DNA of 36,258 nucleotides from a virus. Lineage: Duplodnaviria > Caudoviricetes. This document shows, one piece after another, positions 8,469 to 16,213 of this stretch. The stretch covers positions 1 through 36,258 of the IMG/VR virus record IMGVR_UViG_3300037511_000277; one strand, given 5' to 3'. The position numbers and the translations under genes are program-made. Under the pieces are notes generated by a model. It was not told the DNA's origin, did no database searches, and was given only the letters and a program-made list of their open reading frames with translations. Each line of letters opens with the position of its first letter. Positions within the stretch are counted from its first letter, which is position 1.

Positions 8469-8933
8469 TTAGCGCGCGACCCCATACGCGCGCGGTCCGC
8501 ACCGCTGCGCAATCACCGGATTCGTCCCGCGACAGACACATGGCCGCACGCCCCAGTCGGCATGACTGCCCACCACCAGACGCCGTGGCACCGTCGCCCC
8601 ATCACTCTTGCGCACATAGGCCATGCCGAGGTCCTCGCAGATCTGGCAGTGATGCGCCACGCGCCAGTCGTCATCGCGGACCACCTGCCCCCGGGCCGCC
8701 TCGAGCAGCCGCTGTGCGCCCAGGGCCGCGTCCACGGCGCGTCGCAGCTCCGCCGGCTTGGGAAACCACGTCAGCGCCCGCGTCGCGTGCTGCAGGCCCT
8801 GCTTGAGCGCAGCCAAGGGCACGTCGGCAAGCGCCGCGAGATACCCCTCCATGCGCCCGTCGGTCATCGCCTCGCCAAAGACCTCGGCCAACGCCCCCAG
8901 CATCCGGATGCGCGCGAGCTCGTCCTCGCTTAT
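8469..8933 (-). CDS. Putative helicase loader/inhibitor-like replication protein with C-terminal Zn-binding region
   Basis: WFPKPAELR motif, CQIC...CVC; follows replisome-organizer gene. Start uncertain: ATA 8933 or ATG 8903. Confidence 0.6.
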   Translation of the reverse strand: MSEDELARIRMLGALAEVFGEAMTDGRMEGYLAALADVPLAALKQGLQHATRALTWFPKPAELRRAVDAALGAQRLLEAARGQVVRDDDWRVAHHCQICEDLGMAYVRKSDGATVPRRLVVGSHADWGVRPCVCRGTNPVIAQRCGPRAYGVAR

Positions 8934-9310
8934 TCCTCCAGTCGAAGCTGGCGGCGAGCAATCGCGCGCGCCATCACCTCGGCGTTCTGCTGGCTGATCG
9001 CTTCGCCGCGGGTCCTGGGCTTCGCGAGCGCCATCGCCGACTGCGGCTCGAAGGGTTCGTCCTCCCAGCGGCCTTGGTACAGCCACGTCCGGGGATGCGG
9101 GATGAACCGCGGGTCCTCGCGCCAGCTGCGGTCCTTCACTTGCCAGGCGAGCGTGGCGAGCATGCGCTCCAAGAGCGCCTGGTCGGGATGGATCTTTCGG
9201 AATAACTGCCATGCTGCGACCTTTCCCACTTTGCGGGGATACTGCGTCCAGAACACCGTGAAGCGCTGCGCGAGCGCTGCCGCCTCCTGGTCGGTCACCA
9301 CGTCCGGCAT
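8930..9310 (-). CDS. Replisome organizer C-terminal-domain protein (stand-alone)
   Basis: F..FW..YPRKVGK..A...IPHPRTWLYQGRWEDE motif; SD GGAGG before ATG 9310; 126 aa. Confidence 0.75.
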   Translation of the reverse strand: MPDVVTDQEAAALAQRFTVFWTQYPRKVGKVAAWQLFRKIHPDQALLERMLATLAWQVKDRSWREDPRFIPHPRTWLYQGRWEDEPFEPQSAMALAKPRTRGEAISQQNAEVMARAIARRQLRLEE

Positions 9311-9344
9311 CGAGCCTCCGATCGCGTTCTGAAAACGTTCGGGC

Positions 9345-9606
9345 AAAGCCGGGCTTTTCTCTTTCCCTCAAGAACCCTGCGGGGGGTCTGGAGCGGAAGC
9401 AGTCAGCGAACGGCCTGCCATCCTTGAAATCGCCCGGCACGTGGTGGCGCGTGCACCTGGTTCTTGAGGTCGGGGGGGACAGAAACTCGCCCGGCGCCAA
9501 AATGGTCCCAATTCCCCTCTGGGCTGTGCACTTTCGGGCTGGAAGTGCGAACCTTTACTGCAGACCGCTGCAGACCGCTGACCTTCTTCGGTATCGCGCC
9601 GGTCAG
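9345..9606. other. Structured non-coding block (candidate replication origin or RNA)
   Basis: Perfect 11-bp inverted repeat CCTCAAGAACC (9366-9376)/GGTTCTTGAGG (9459-9469) nested in GCCGGGC/GCCCGGC (9348-9354/9489-9495); further hairpins; tandem CTGCAGACCG x2 at 9558-9577. Confidence 0.5.
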
Positions 9607-9628
9607 TCCGCGCTGGCGAAACGAATCC

Positions 9629-9823
9629 TTAGGCCGCTGCCGGCACGATCTCGGTGGCCAGCGCGACATGCGCCGGCGTCCAGTGCCCGAGCACGTTGAC
9701 CTCGATGGCCAAGTCGCGATACCAGACCTCATGCCAGGTCACGAACGTCAGCAGCGGCAGGCGCGCGTGCGTCCACGGGCCGTCGTGCACCACCGTCTCG
9801 TGCGCCCTATACCGGAACTTCAT
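9629..9823 (-). CDS. Hypothetical protein
   Basis: MKFRYRAH..., SD AAGGAG, 64 aa. Confidence 0.6.
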   Translation of the reverse strand: MKFRYRAHETVVHDGPWTHARLPLLTFVTWHEVWYRDLAIEVNVLGHWTPAHVALATEIVPAAA

Positions 9824-10496
9824 GGCGCGCTCCTTCCGCTGTGAGGATCCCCATCCTGCGCGCCACATCCCGCACCCTGACGAGATCGGCCAGCAGGTGG
9901 GCGCGCACCTTGTCCCAATCCCCGCGAGCCACACAGGCCGGCACGTCGGCCCCCGTGATGGTATCGGCGACAGGCGGACAGCCGAGACGCTTGTGGTACC
10001 AGTCCAGCGAGTGCATCTGGTGCTTGCGGCCTTCATTCAACTGTTCGAACAGATCGATGACCTGCGTCGAGCGATAGCGGTCGCGGTCGATGGGTTTCGT
10101 CGGCACGCCGAGATAGAGGCTGCGGCGAAGAATCACGGGCAAATCGTAGCTGCGGATGTTGAACCCGCAGAGCACCTCACCCGCGTGATACATGTCCCAG
10201 AACATTTGCAGCGCGAACGTCTCGCCAGCCTCATCGACACATTCCAAGATTGACGGGTGGTCGTAGTGCGGCGGCCAGACACCCAGCATCACGATGCGGC
10301 ACAGGTCTGGGTCGAGCGCGGCGCGGTCGATGAACGCCTGCTTGCGGCGCACCATCGCATCCTTGATGTAGGCCGCGATCTTCTCGGGGTCCTTGTAGTT
10401 TGCTGGCGCCTCGATGGGCTCGCTGTCGTCGTAGTACTTCTCGATGTCCGCGATGGCGGCGCATTCGAGATCGATCAGGGTCGGATCAGAAAGCAT
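9807..10496 (-). CDS. 3'-5' exonuclease, DEDD/PolB-exonuclease-like
   Basis: Exo I IDLEC, Exo II GFNIRSYDLP, Exo III HLLADL. Confidence 0.8.
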   Translation of the reverse strand: MLSDPTLIDLECAAIADIEKYYDDSEPIEAPANYKDPEKIAAYIKDAMVRRKQAFIDRAALDPDLCRIVMLGVWPPHYDHPSILECVDEAGETFALQMFWDMYHAGEVLCGFNIRSYDLPVILRRSLYLGVPTKPIDRDRYRSTQVIDLFEQLNEGRKHQMHSLDWYHKRLGCPPVADTITGADVPACVARGDWDKVRAHLLADLVRVRDVARRMGILTAEGARHEVPV

Positions 10497-11316
10497 CGCG
10501 AGGCTCCTCGTCGTCTAGGCCGCCATCCTCGCGATCCACAGGCGGTTCGCTATCGGACGCGATGCGCGCGCAGATCTCCTCGTACTGCTGGCCGCGCTTG
10601 ATCTTTGAACTGGAGTCGAGCCCGTATTCGGCGTGTAACCACGCCTTCAGTTCGTCCGGCACCCAGGAGTGCTCGCGGGCGATCGCGAACAGGCGCTTCT
10701 GCTGCGCCTCCGAGATACAGCCTTCAACCGTGCTACTCGCGCCGACGGCGCGTGGTTGTTGCGGTGGCGCCTGTCGCGGCCGCTCTTCACGTTCGGCCTC
10801 CTCGGCGCTCACCTCGCCGAAGCCCACGAGGTTGGAGACGGCGCGGTTGAACGCGCGGGTGTGGGCGTGACTGCGCACGTTGTGCTCCGTGGCCTGCCCG
10901 CGTCCCGGCTTCTCGCTTGCGTAGCACGCGCCGTCTCCGTCGGCCGCGCGACCGTTCGGCGCCTTCGCCCGATAGGTCACCAGCCAGCCCCAATTGCCGT
11001 CAGGCAGGACTTCGCGGTGCTCCTCGACCATCGTCACGTCGAGATTGAACGCCGTGCGCACGGCCCGCCAGTACGCCTTCTTGCGGAAGGCGCGGCCCTG
11101 GATGCGCATGATGGCGTCCGGCATCGCCGTGTCCAGCGTCACCTGCAACTGCCGGTAGGCGCGGAACGCCTCGGCCATCTGCTCGCCGCTGAAGACCGGC
11201 AGCGGACTGCCGGGATCGGCCACCGGCACGAGCGCGTGCGTCTCCTCCGGCTGCGGCAGGGCGCGCACGAGGCCGGTCTGCTGCGCGCGCGTGCTGATGT
11301 CTCGAACCGCTTCCAT
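10486..11316 (-). CDS. Putative ssDNA-annealing recombinase
   Basis: AHTRAFNRAVSNLVGFGEVSAEE motif, C-terminal ISEAQQKRLFAI domain, paired with an exonuclease; SD AAGGAG fits ATG 11316. Confidence 0.6.
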   Translation of the reverse strand: MEAVRDISTRAQQTGLVRALPQPEETHALVPVADPGSPLPVFSGEQMAEAFRAYRQLQVTLDTAMPDAIMRIQGRAFRKKAYWRAVRTAFNLDVTMVEEHREVLPDGNWGWLVTYRAKAPNGRAADGDGACYASEKPGRGQATEHNVRSHAHTRAFNRAVSNLVGFGEVSAEEAEREERPRQAPPQQPRAVGASSTVEGCISEAQQKRLFAIAREHSWVPDELKAWLHAEYGLDSSSKIKRGQQYEEICARIASDSEPPVDREDGGLDDEEPRDAF

Positions 11317-11327
11317 GTGCATGCTCC

Positions 11328-11591
11328 TTATCGACCGTCCGCTTCCAGCCTCGCTGGAGGCAGATAGGCGGTCTGCGTATTCACCGCATCGTCGTAGCTG
11401 ACCTTCTTCGTGCTGCCCTTGCGCTTCGCGGGCAGCTCCACCTTGCTCGCGGCAAAGGCGCGCAGCAGCATCAGCGCCGCGTCAAGCTGTGCGGGGTAGC
11501 GCGTGGCCAGCGGGCCGAGAATCTGCGCGCAGCCCGCCACGGTGCTGCGGTCGCTGGTCTGCTGTTCGGGGTTCGGTCGTCGCTTCGCCAT
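11328..11591 (-). CDS. Hypothetical protein
   Basis: 87 aa, fits operon. Confidence 0.6.
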   Translation of the reverse strand: MAKRRPNPEQQTSDRSTVAGCAQILGPLATRYPAQLDAALMLLRAFAASKVELPAKRKGSTKKVSYDDAVNTQTAYLPPARLEADGR

Positions 11592-11709
11592 TCGTCGTCA
11601 TCTCCTCGCGGCACAGGCACTCGCGCCAGCCGCAGTCTGGGCACACATCCTCGCGGTAATCGTCAGCGTCATCGCGCTCGCGGGTGAGGTAGCTGTCAAG
11701 GCCGCGCAT
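11482..11709 (-). CDS. Small Cys-rich hypothetical protein
   Basis: MRGLDSYLTRE...CPDCGWRECLC; SD GAGGA; C-terminus overlaps next gene. Confidence 0.5.
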   Translation of the reverse strand: MRGLDSYLTRERDDADDYREDVCPDCGWRECLCREEMTTNGEATTEPRTADQRPQHRGGLRADSRPAGHALPRTA

Positions 11710-11815
11710 CAGATTCCTCGTCCTTCATCAGCTCGTGACAGCACGGGCAGTGCGTCACATCCCAGCGCCACGGAAAGAACAATTCGCACGCCGAGCACCA
11801 CGACCACTTCGGCAT
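11696..11815 (-). CDS. 39-aa Zn-ribbon-like protein
   Basis: MPKWSWCSACELFFPWRWDVTHCPCCHELMK...; SD GAGGTG. Confidence 0.55.
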   Translation of the reverse strand: MPKWSWCSACELFFPWRWDVTHCPCCHELMKDEESDARP

Positions 11816-11817
11816 GG

Positions 11818-12123
11818 CTAACTCACCTCGCGCCGGTTGTAGCGGTGGATGCGCGCACGCACTTCGGCTCTGGCTTGGTCGACGCCGATGGTTGGATCGC
11901 GAGGCCCGGGCTCACGCGCAGGCAGCGCCGGCACTGCACCGCCAGCCGACCGTGCCGCGTCAGCTTCACGTCGTCGTGCCCTTTGAGCAGACAGCGCCAA
12001 TTCGTGGTCAGAGAGTTCATCGTCACCCTCGAAGAAGTGGTTGGACACGACGGAACTGGCATAGATGAAGAGCCCCACCAGCCCACAACACACGACGCCG
12101 CCGACGATCATCAGTGCAAGCAT
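11818..12123 (-). CDS. Small membrane protein
   Basis: MLALMIVGGVVCCGLVGLFIY... N-terminal TM; SD GGAGGA. Confidence 0.5.
   Translation of the reverse strand: MLALMIVGGVVCCGLVGLFIYASSVVSNHFFEGDDELSDHELALSAQRARRREADAARSAGGAVPALPAREPGPRDPTIGVDQARAEVRARIHRYNRREVS
11823..12020 (-). CDS. Small Cys/His Zn-binding-like protein
   Basis: C.LKGHD...CRRC.RVSPG; SD GAGGG; nested in the preceding ORF in another frame. Confidence 0.5.
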   Translation of the reverse strand: MNSLTTNWRCLLKGHDDVKLTRHGRLAVQCRRCLRVSPGLAIQPSASTKPEPKCVRASTATTGAR

Positions 12124-12356
12124 GGCGTGTCCTCCTCGTCGTCCTCCAAGTGCACGTTGCCGGTGTCGAGCGGGATGTCGCGCGTGGACTCGCGTCCCTC
12201 GGTGAAGCCATCGATGAACGCCACCGCGCGGGCTGTGCGCTGACCGGCGGCGAGCCCTTCGAGGAAGCCGTCGTTGTAGCCCTTGCTGTAGGCCGTGCGG
12301 ACGGCCATGTTGTAGCCGGTGACCTGCTGCCACCACGCAGTGAGGGATGCCTTCAT
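12111..12356 (-). CDS. Hypothetical protein with GxxxG repeats
   Basis: KGYNDGFLEG...DGFTEG; ATGA overlap. Confidence 0.7.
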   Translation of the reverse strand: MKASLTAWWQQVTGYNMAVRTAYSKGYNDGFLEGLAAGQRTARAVAFIDGFTEGRESTRDIPLDTGNVHLEDDEEDTPCLH

Positions 12357-12598
12357 GACAGCGCCTCCCGGTCCGCAATCATCGCGTCGGCGAGGTCGTA
12401 CGCCTTCTGCGCGATTTCAGTGACTCCCTCTTCCTCATCGGTCCGACCAAAGTCACGGGCAAGAAGACCCGCGAGCGCGTGCCCGGCGAACCAATCGCGT
12501 AGCGACATGCCCGGGGCGAACACTTCACTCTCATGTCCTGGCTCGCCTTCATGGTGAAGTGGAGACGGGAACGCCGGACCACCTTCCTTGATACTCAT
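12353..12598 (-). CDS. Conserved phage protein (GGPAFP...GMSLRDWFA...AY.LADAM type)
   Basis: Recognisable phage small-protein motif. Confidence 0.85.
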   Translation of the reverse strand: MSIKEGGPAFPSPLHHEGEPGHESEVFAPGMSLRDWFAGHALAGLLARDFGRTDEEEGVTEIAQKAYDLADAMIADREALS

Positions 12599-12789
12599 CG
12601 GCCACCTCCGAGGGCTCGTCGGGCGTGCAGGCTCTCAGCCATTTCCTGCAGCGTGGCGAACGCCTTTAACGACCCGATCCAGTCCTCGAGCGTCTGCTCC
12701 TCGCCGAAGTCGGGGCTACCAACGCGACACTCCAGCGCGTGAGCGGCCCGCCACTGCTCGACCCACTTCATGAATTCGCTGCGCGTCAT
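12595..12789 (-). CDS. Hypothetical protein
   Basis: MTRSEFMKW..., ATGA overlaps on both sides. Confidence 0.65.
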   Translation of the reverse strand: MTRSEFMKWVEQWRAAHALECRVGSPDFGEEQTLEDWIGSLKAFATLQEMAESLHARRALGGGR

Positions 12790-13016
12790 CGCCAGCCTCG
12801 CTTGCGGCCGAAGGTCGGGGCGGTCCGTGCGGGCTCGGCCATCCACGCGCGCACGACGGGTTCGTACCAGCGCGGCCGCTTGTCCACGCGAGACATCTGC
12901 GGCGGCAGGAGATGCGGGGCATGCGACAGCCGCGCCTTGATCGTCGTCGGCGAGCACCGCAACAGTTTTGCGAGGTCGGGAATCATCAACACAGCGGGCG
13001 TCTGTTCGTCGCTCAT
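12786..13016 (-). CDS. AlpA/excisionase-like winged-HTH protein
   Basis: LMIPDLAKLLRCSPTTI...PP.......PRW....V.AW pattern; early operon. Confidence 0.7.
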   Translation of the reverse strand: MSDEQTPAVLMIPDLAKLLRCSPTTIKARLSHAPHLLPPQMSRVDKRPRWYEPVVRAWMAEPARTAPTFGRKRGWR

Positions 13017-13330
13017 GACGCCAGCGCCTTTCGGATCGGCACGTCAACCCACATGAAGCCGTTCCACTTCACGTGTCGCCGGCTCTCGCTGTAGGCGCCC
13101 AGTACGAAGTAGTGGTCGGAGGACTGCTTCTCGACTCGCAGCCACAAGTTCTCAACCGCTGCTTCCGGAGTGGCACCCCAGCCAGTCACACTCGCCAGCA
13201 CGCAGGAGGTGTCCGAGGTTTCCTCGATACCGCGCCCAGAGCAGACCCACTTGTCGCCGTCCGTCGTTGTGGTCAAATGCATGTCAGTAGACAAGGCTTT
13301 CAGCGCGGCGAACTTCTGTTCCCAGGTCAC
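13013..13330 (-). CDS. Hypothetical protein
   Basis: GTG start with GTGA overlap and SD GAGGAGG. Confidence 0.7.
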   Translation of the reverse strand: MTWEQKFAALKALSTDMHLTTTTDGDKWVCSGRGIEETSDTSCVLASVTGWGATPEAAVENLWLRVEKQSSDHYFVLGAYSESRRHVKWNGFMWVDVPIRKALAS

Positions 13331-13767
13331 GCGACCCTCCTCTGCTGCGCCCGCACCTGAATGACGTAGGTGCCGATCTCCTGCACGAGCGCCGCGATCT
13401 TCAACATCGCGAAGTCGGCGAGGTCCTGGTGGCTCATCGTCAGTTGCAAGGGGCTTGCGAGTAACGGGAGGAACTCACGCCAGAACTCCGCCGACAACTT
13501 CTGCAGGCGCTGGAAGCTGATGTGCCCATCGCCGTGCAACTGCCGCGACCACTGCGCCGGGTCGATGCCCATCGTGAGCGCCGCCGCCTTGTGCGAGATG
13601 CCGGCCCGATCAAGCGCGATCGAGATGGCCGAGGCGAGATCCAATTGACCCAAGGGGGCCTCAGTCGCATGCGAGTTGACCGGCGATGACCCTGTGTTTC
13701 CGACAGGATCGACTCGCGTTGACGGCTCAGCTCGCAGCATCCTTGCGGACGTGGGAAGGACACTCAT
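13327..13767 (-). CDS. CII-like HTH regulator
   Basis: HTH ISHKAAALTMGIDPAQWSRQL; position right after cro-like gene. Confidence 0.65.
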   Translation of the reverse strand: MSVLPTSARMLRAEPSTRVDPVGNTGSSPVNSHATEAPLGQLDLASAISIALDRAGISHKAAALTMGIDPAQWSRQLHGDGHISFQRLQKLSAEFWREFLPLLASPLQLTMSHQDLADFAMLKIAALVQEIGTYVIQVRAQQRRVA

Positions 13768-13985
13768 CGCGTCGCCTCCTGCGTACGGGGCGCTGGCATC
13801 GCGAAGATTTCGCTGGGCTCAACGCCGAGCGCCGCGGCCAAACGGCTCGCCGTCGTCCAGGTCAGGTCGCGCGTCCGGCCCTTTTCAATCTTGGCGATCG
13901 TGGATTGCGGCACCCCGGAGAGCGCGGACAACTCGTCCTGTGTGATGCCCTTGATCTTGCGAGCGGTCTTCAGTGTGATTGGCAC
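13764..13985 (-). CDS. Cro-like XRE HTH regulator
   Basis: LKTARKIKGITQDELSALSGVPQSTIAKIEKG; divergent from repressor; GTG start at predicted TSS. Confidence 0.85.
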   Translation of the reverse strand: MPITLKTARKIKGITQDELSALSGVPQSTIAKIEKGRTRDLTWTTASRLAAALGVEPSEIFAMPAPRTQEATR

Positions 13986-13992
13986 GAGCGGA

Positions 13993-14021
13993 AATTTATC
14001 ACTCCGTGCATAACGAGTCAA
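13993..14021 (-). promoter_or_regulatory. Early lytic promoter (leaderless cro transcript)
   Basis: TTGACT, 17 nt, TAAATT with extended TG; 7 nt to GTG 13985. Confidence 0.75.
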
Positions 14022-14046
14022 TAGGAAATCTACGTGTGCATAACGA
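14006..14046 (+). repeat. Operator-like 11-bp direct repeat
   Basis: GTGCATAACGA at 14006-14016 and 14036-14046 in the cro/cI intergenic region; the first copy lies between -35 and -10 of the cro promoter. Confidence 0.7.
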
Positions 14047-14081
14047 TTTCTCCCATCTTGTTGAGCGTGAAATAGTTAGCG

Positions 14082-14110
14082 TTGATTTGGTGGGCCGTCG
14101 ACGGCAGACT
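14082..14110 (+). promoter_or_regulatory. Repressor-maintenance-type promoter (leaderless)
   Basis: TTGATT, 17 nt, CAGACT, 6 nt, in-frame GTG 14117. Confidence 0.65.
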
Positions 14111-14116
14111 GGCGCC

Positions 14117-14623
14117 GTGTTTCACCTCGGCACGCTCGTGCGGCAGCTTCGGAAATCACGGCACCTGACGATCGAGCAGCTCGCGACGCTCGCCGGACTG
14201 AACAAGAACACGCTGAGCCGTTTGGAACGCACGGGCGCACGGTTTGAGGATGAGACACTCAGCAAAATCGCAACAGCATTGGGGTTGTCGCCGGCCGATT
14301 TGTACGCGTTGGAACACAAGCAGAGTGGGCGCATCCGCTCAGCCCTCGTGTCGCAACTCGATGATCACAAAGATGTTGAACGCACACCTGAGCAGCGGTA
14401 TTCTCCGTCTCCCTCGCCTAACGCGGCTGCGCCAGTAGCCGAAGGAGACGTCTTGATGGCCGACGATCCCGATCGGGAAGAACTGCTGCACTGTTTCTCC
14501 CTGCTCACGCAAGAAGCCCGCACCGAACTCCTCCGCCGCGCGCGTGCGCTGACGGCGACCGCCTTGACCGAACGCAATCGAGGCGGGTTTGAATCGCACC
14601 AACGGAAAAAAACCTCAGGGTGA
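14117..14623 (+). CDS. CI-like XRE repressor (no obvious S24 peptidase domain)
   Basis: LRKSRHLTIEQLATLAGLNKNTLSRLER HTH; heads the integrase operon. Confidence 0.8.
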   Translation: MFHLGTLVRQLRKSRHLTIEQLATLAGLNKNTLSRLERTGARFEDETLSKIATALGLSPADLYALEHKQSGRIRSALVSQLDDHKDVERTPEQRYSPSPSPNAAAPVAEGDVLMADDPDREELLHCFSLLTQEARTELLRRARALTATALTERNRGGFESHQRKKTSG

Positions 14624-14735
14624 GGGCGTGGTCGCTCTGATGCCGGCCCGCTGGGCCGATGAAATGCGGACGCGTTGAATCGCACTATCTCTCAGGCGCC
14701 GCGCCCCCGGCGCTCTTCTCTCTCAAGGAGTCTCC

Positions 14736-14849
14736 ATGCGCGACTGGCTGATCGGGGGTGGATTCGTGCTGGCGTGGGTGATTGTGATGGCGGTGCTGGC
14801 GTCGCACGACCGGCGCCTGAAAGAGCTGGAGGCGCGATGGAAAGGCTGA
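14736..14849 (+). CDS. 37-aa single-TM protein
   Basis: MRDWLIGGGFVLAWVIVMAVLASHDRRLKELEARWKG; SD AAGGAG. Confidence 0.65.
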   Translation: MRDWLIGGGFVLAWVIVMAVLASHDRRLKELEARWKG

Positions 14850-14860
14850 TGGAGGACTGA

Positions 14861-15037
14861 ATGCGCATGCTGATCGCGATCGTCGGCACCGGGGTGCTCG
14901 CGGCGGTGGTGCTGGGGGCCCTGCCGCTCGCATGGGGGTTCGTGGCGCTGTCGCTCTATCTCCTCATCAGCTTCGCGGCGATCTACGACCTGCTGCAGCC
15001 CCTGCCGCGCATCCCGCCCGATGAGGACGACGACTGA
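14861..15037 (+). CDS. 58-aa two-TM protein
   Basis: MRMLIAIVGTGVLAAVVLGALPLAWGFVALSLYLLISFAAIYDLL...; SD GGAGGA; TGATG overlap with integrase. Confidence 0.65.
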   Translation: MRMLIAIVGTGVLAAVVLGALPLAWGFVALSLYLLISFAAIYDLLQPLPRIPPDEDDD

Positions 15038-16137
15038 TGCCACGCCGCGGTCGCCGCATCCGCCTCGCCAAGCACATCTCGAAGGACAAGAGCGGCTACA
15101 GCGTCCGCATCGAAAGCGGTGGTCGCCCGATCGAACGGCGCTTTCCGCTGTCCACACCGTACGAGACGGTAAAGACGTGGCGCGATGACGAACTGCGCCG
15201 GCGCGAGGACATGGCCGTCGCCGAGTCGGCCGAGGCGGGTTATTTCGATTTCGACGCAAAAAAGTACTTGGCCGCCGTGCGGGCGATGCCGGAATACGCC
15301 CAGCGGGCGCGCGACATCGACTTGTGGTGCGCGCGGTTCAAGGGCCGCCGACGGGACAGCATTCAGCCACTCGATATCCGATGCGCCAGAGACGAGTGGC
15401 TGACCGTGGGGCCGAAGCTGGTCCAACGGCGTGTGGGTGGAGAGCGGCGGTGGATGCCCGTCCCGAAACCGCTCTCCGCCAGCACGGTGAACAAGCGGCT
15501 CCGCGCCCTGGAGAACCTCTGGACGGTCCTCGATGGGCGCAAGGCGTACAACCCCGTGCGCGAAGTCCCCGAGCCGCAGGAGCCGGATGCGGCCCCGCGT
15601 GGCCTGTCCTACGCCGTCGTCGAGCGCATCCTGGATCAGATGCAGCCCTCGCAGACGCGCGCCCGGCTGCGGGTCATGGCCTACACCGGCCTGGCGCAGG
15701 TGGAGATCGCCGGCTTGGCGCGCGCGGACGTAGACCTCGAGTCTGGCACCGTGCTGGTCAGGCGACGCCGGAAGGGCCGCAACGGGAAGATGGCGCCGCC
15801 CGCGCTCCATCCGCTGACGCCCGAAGGGGTCGAGGCGTTTAAGGAATTCCGCCGTGAAAATTGTTGGGGCGACTTCAGCCGCAGCTCGATGTGGAAAGCG
15901 TTCCAGCTGGCGGCCGGCGCCGCCGGGTACCACGGCCTGCGGCCCTACGACTTCCGCCACTCCTACGGCACCGCGGTCTTCCGCTCGACCGGGGACCTCG
16001 CGGCCACGCAGGGCATGCTTCGGCAGCGCAGCGGCGTCACCACCCTACGCTACGTCGCCGCGGCGATCGCGCCCAGGGCACGGCTGGCGGCGGAGGCGTT
16101 CGCCAGACAGGTTGCCGCCGACCGCAAACAGGGATAG
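15037..16137 (+). CDS. int: Tyrosine recombinase / phage integrase (non-canonical active-site motifs)
   Basis: LSASTVNKRLRAL, YTGL.Q.EI, RPYDFRHSYGT, TGDL..TQ.ML.....TT.RY; adjacent to attP. Confidence 0.9.
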   Translation: MPRRGRRIRLAKHISKDKSGYSVRIESGGRPIERRFPLSTPYETVKTWRDDELRRREDMAVAESAEAGYFDFDAKKYLAAVRAMPEYAQRARDIDLWCARFKGRRRDSIQPLDIRCARDEWLTVGPKLVQRRVGGERRWMPVPKPLSASTVNKRLRALENLWTVLDGRKAYNPVREVPEPQEPDAAPRGLSYAVVERILDQMQPSQTRARLRVMAYTGLAQVEIAGLARADVDLESGTVLVRRRRKGRNGKMAPPALHPLTPEGVEAFKEFRRENCWGDFSRSSMWKAFQLAAGAAGYHGLRPYDFRHSYGTAVFRSTGDLAATQGMLRQRSGVTTLRYVAAAIAPRARLAAEAFARQVAADRKQG

Positions 16138-16213
16138 GATAGTCGGAGCGACGCGGCGTTGGTAGCGCCTCGCCGCCCCTCACCGATACCAGCGGCATAG
16201 GAGGCCGCGCGGC

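Noticed and set aside
13979-14116. N-terminal extension of the repressor ORF given by the ORF track
   Set aside because: Overlaps the cro start, both promoters and the operator repeats; GTG 14117 fits the HTH start and promoter geometry
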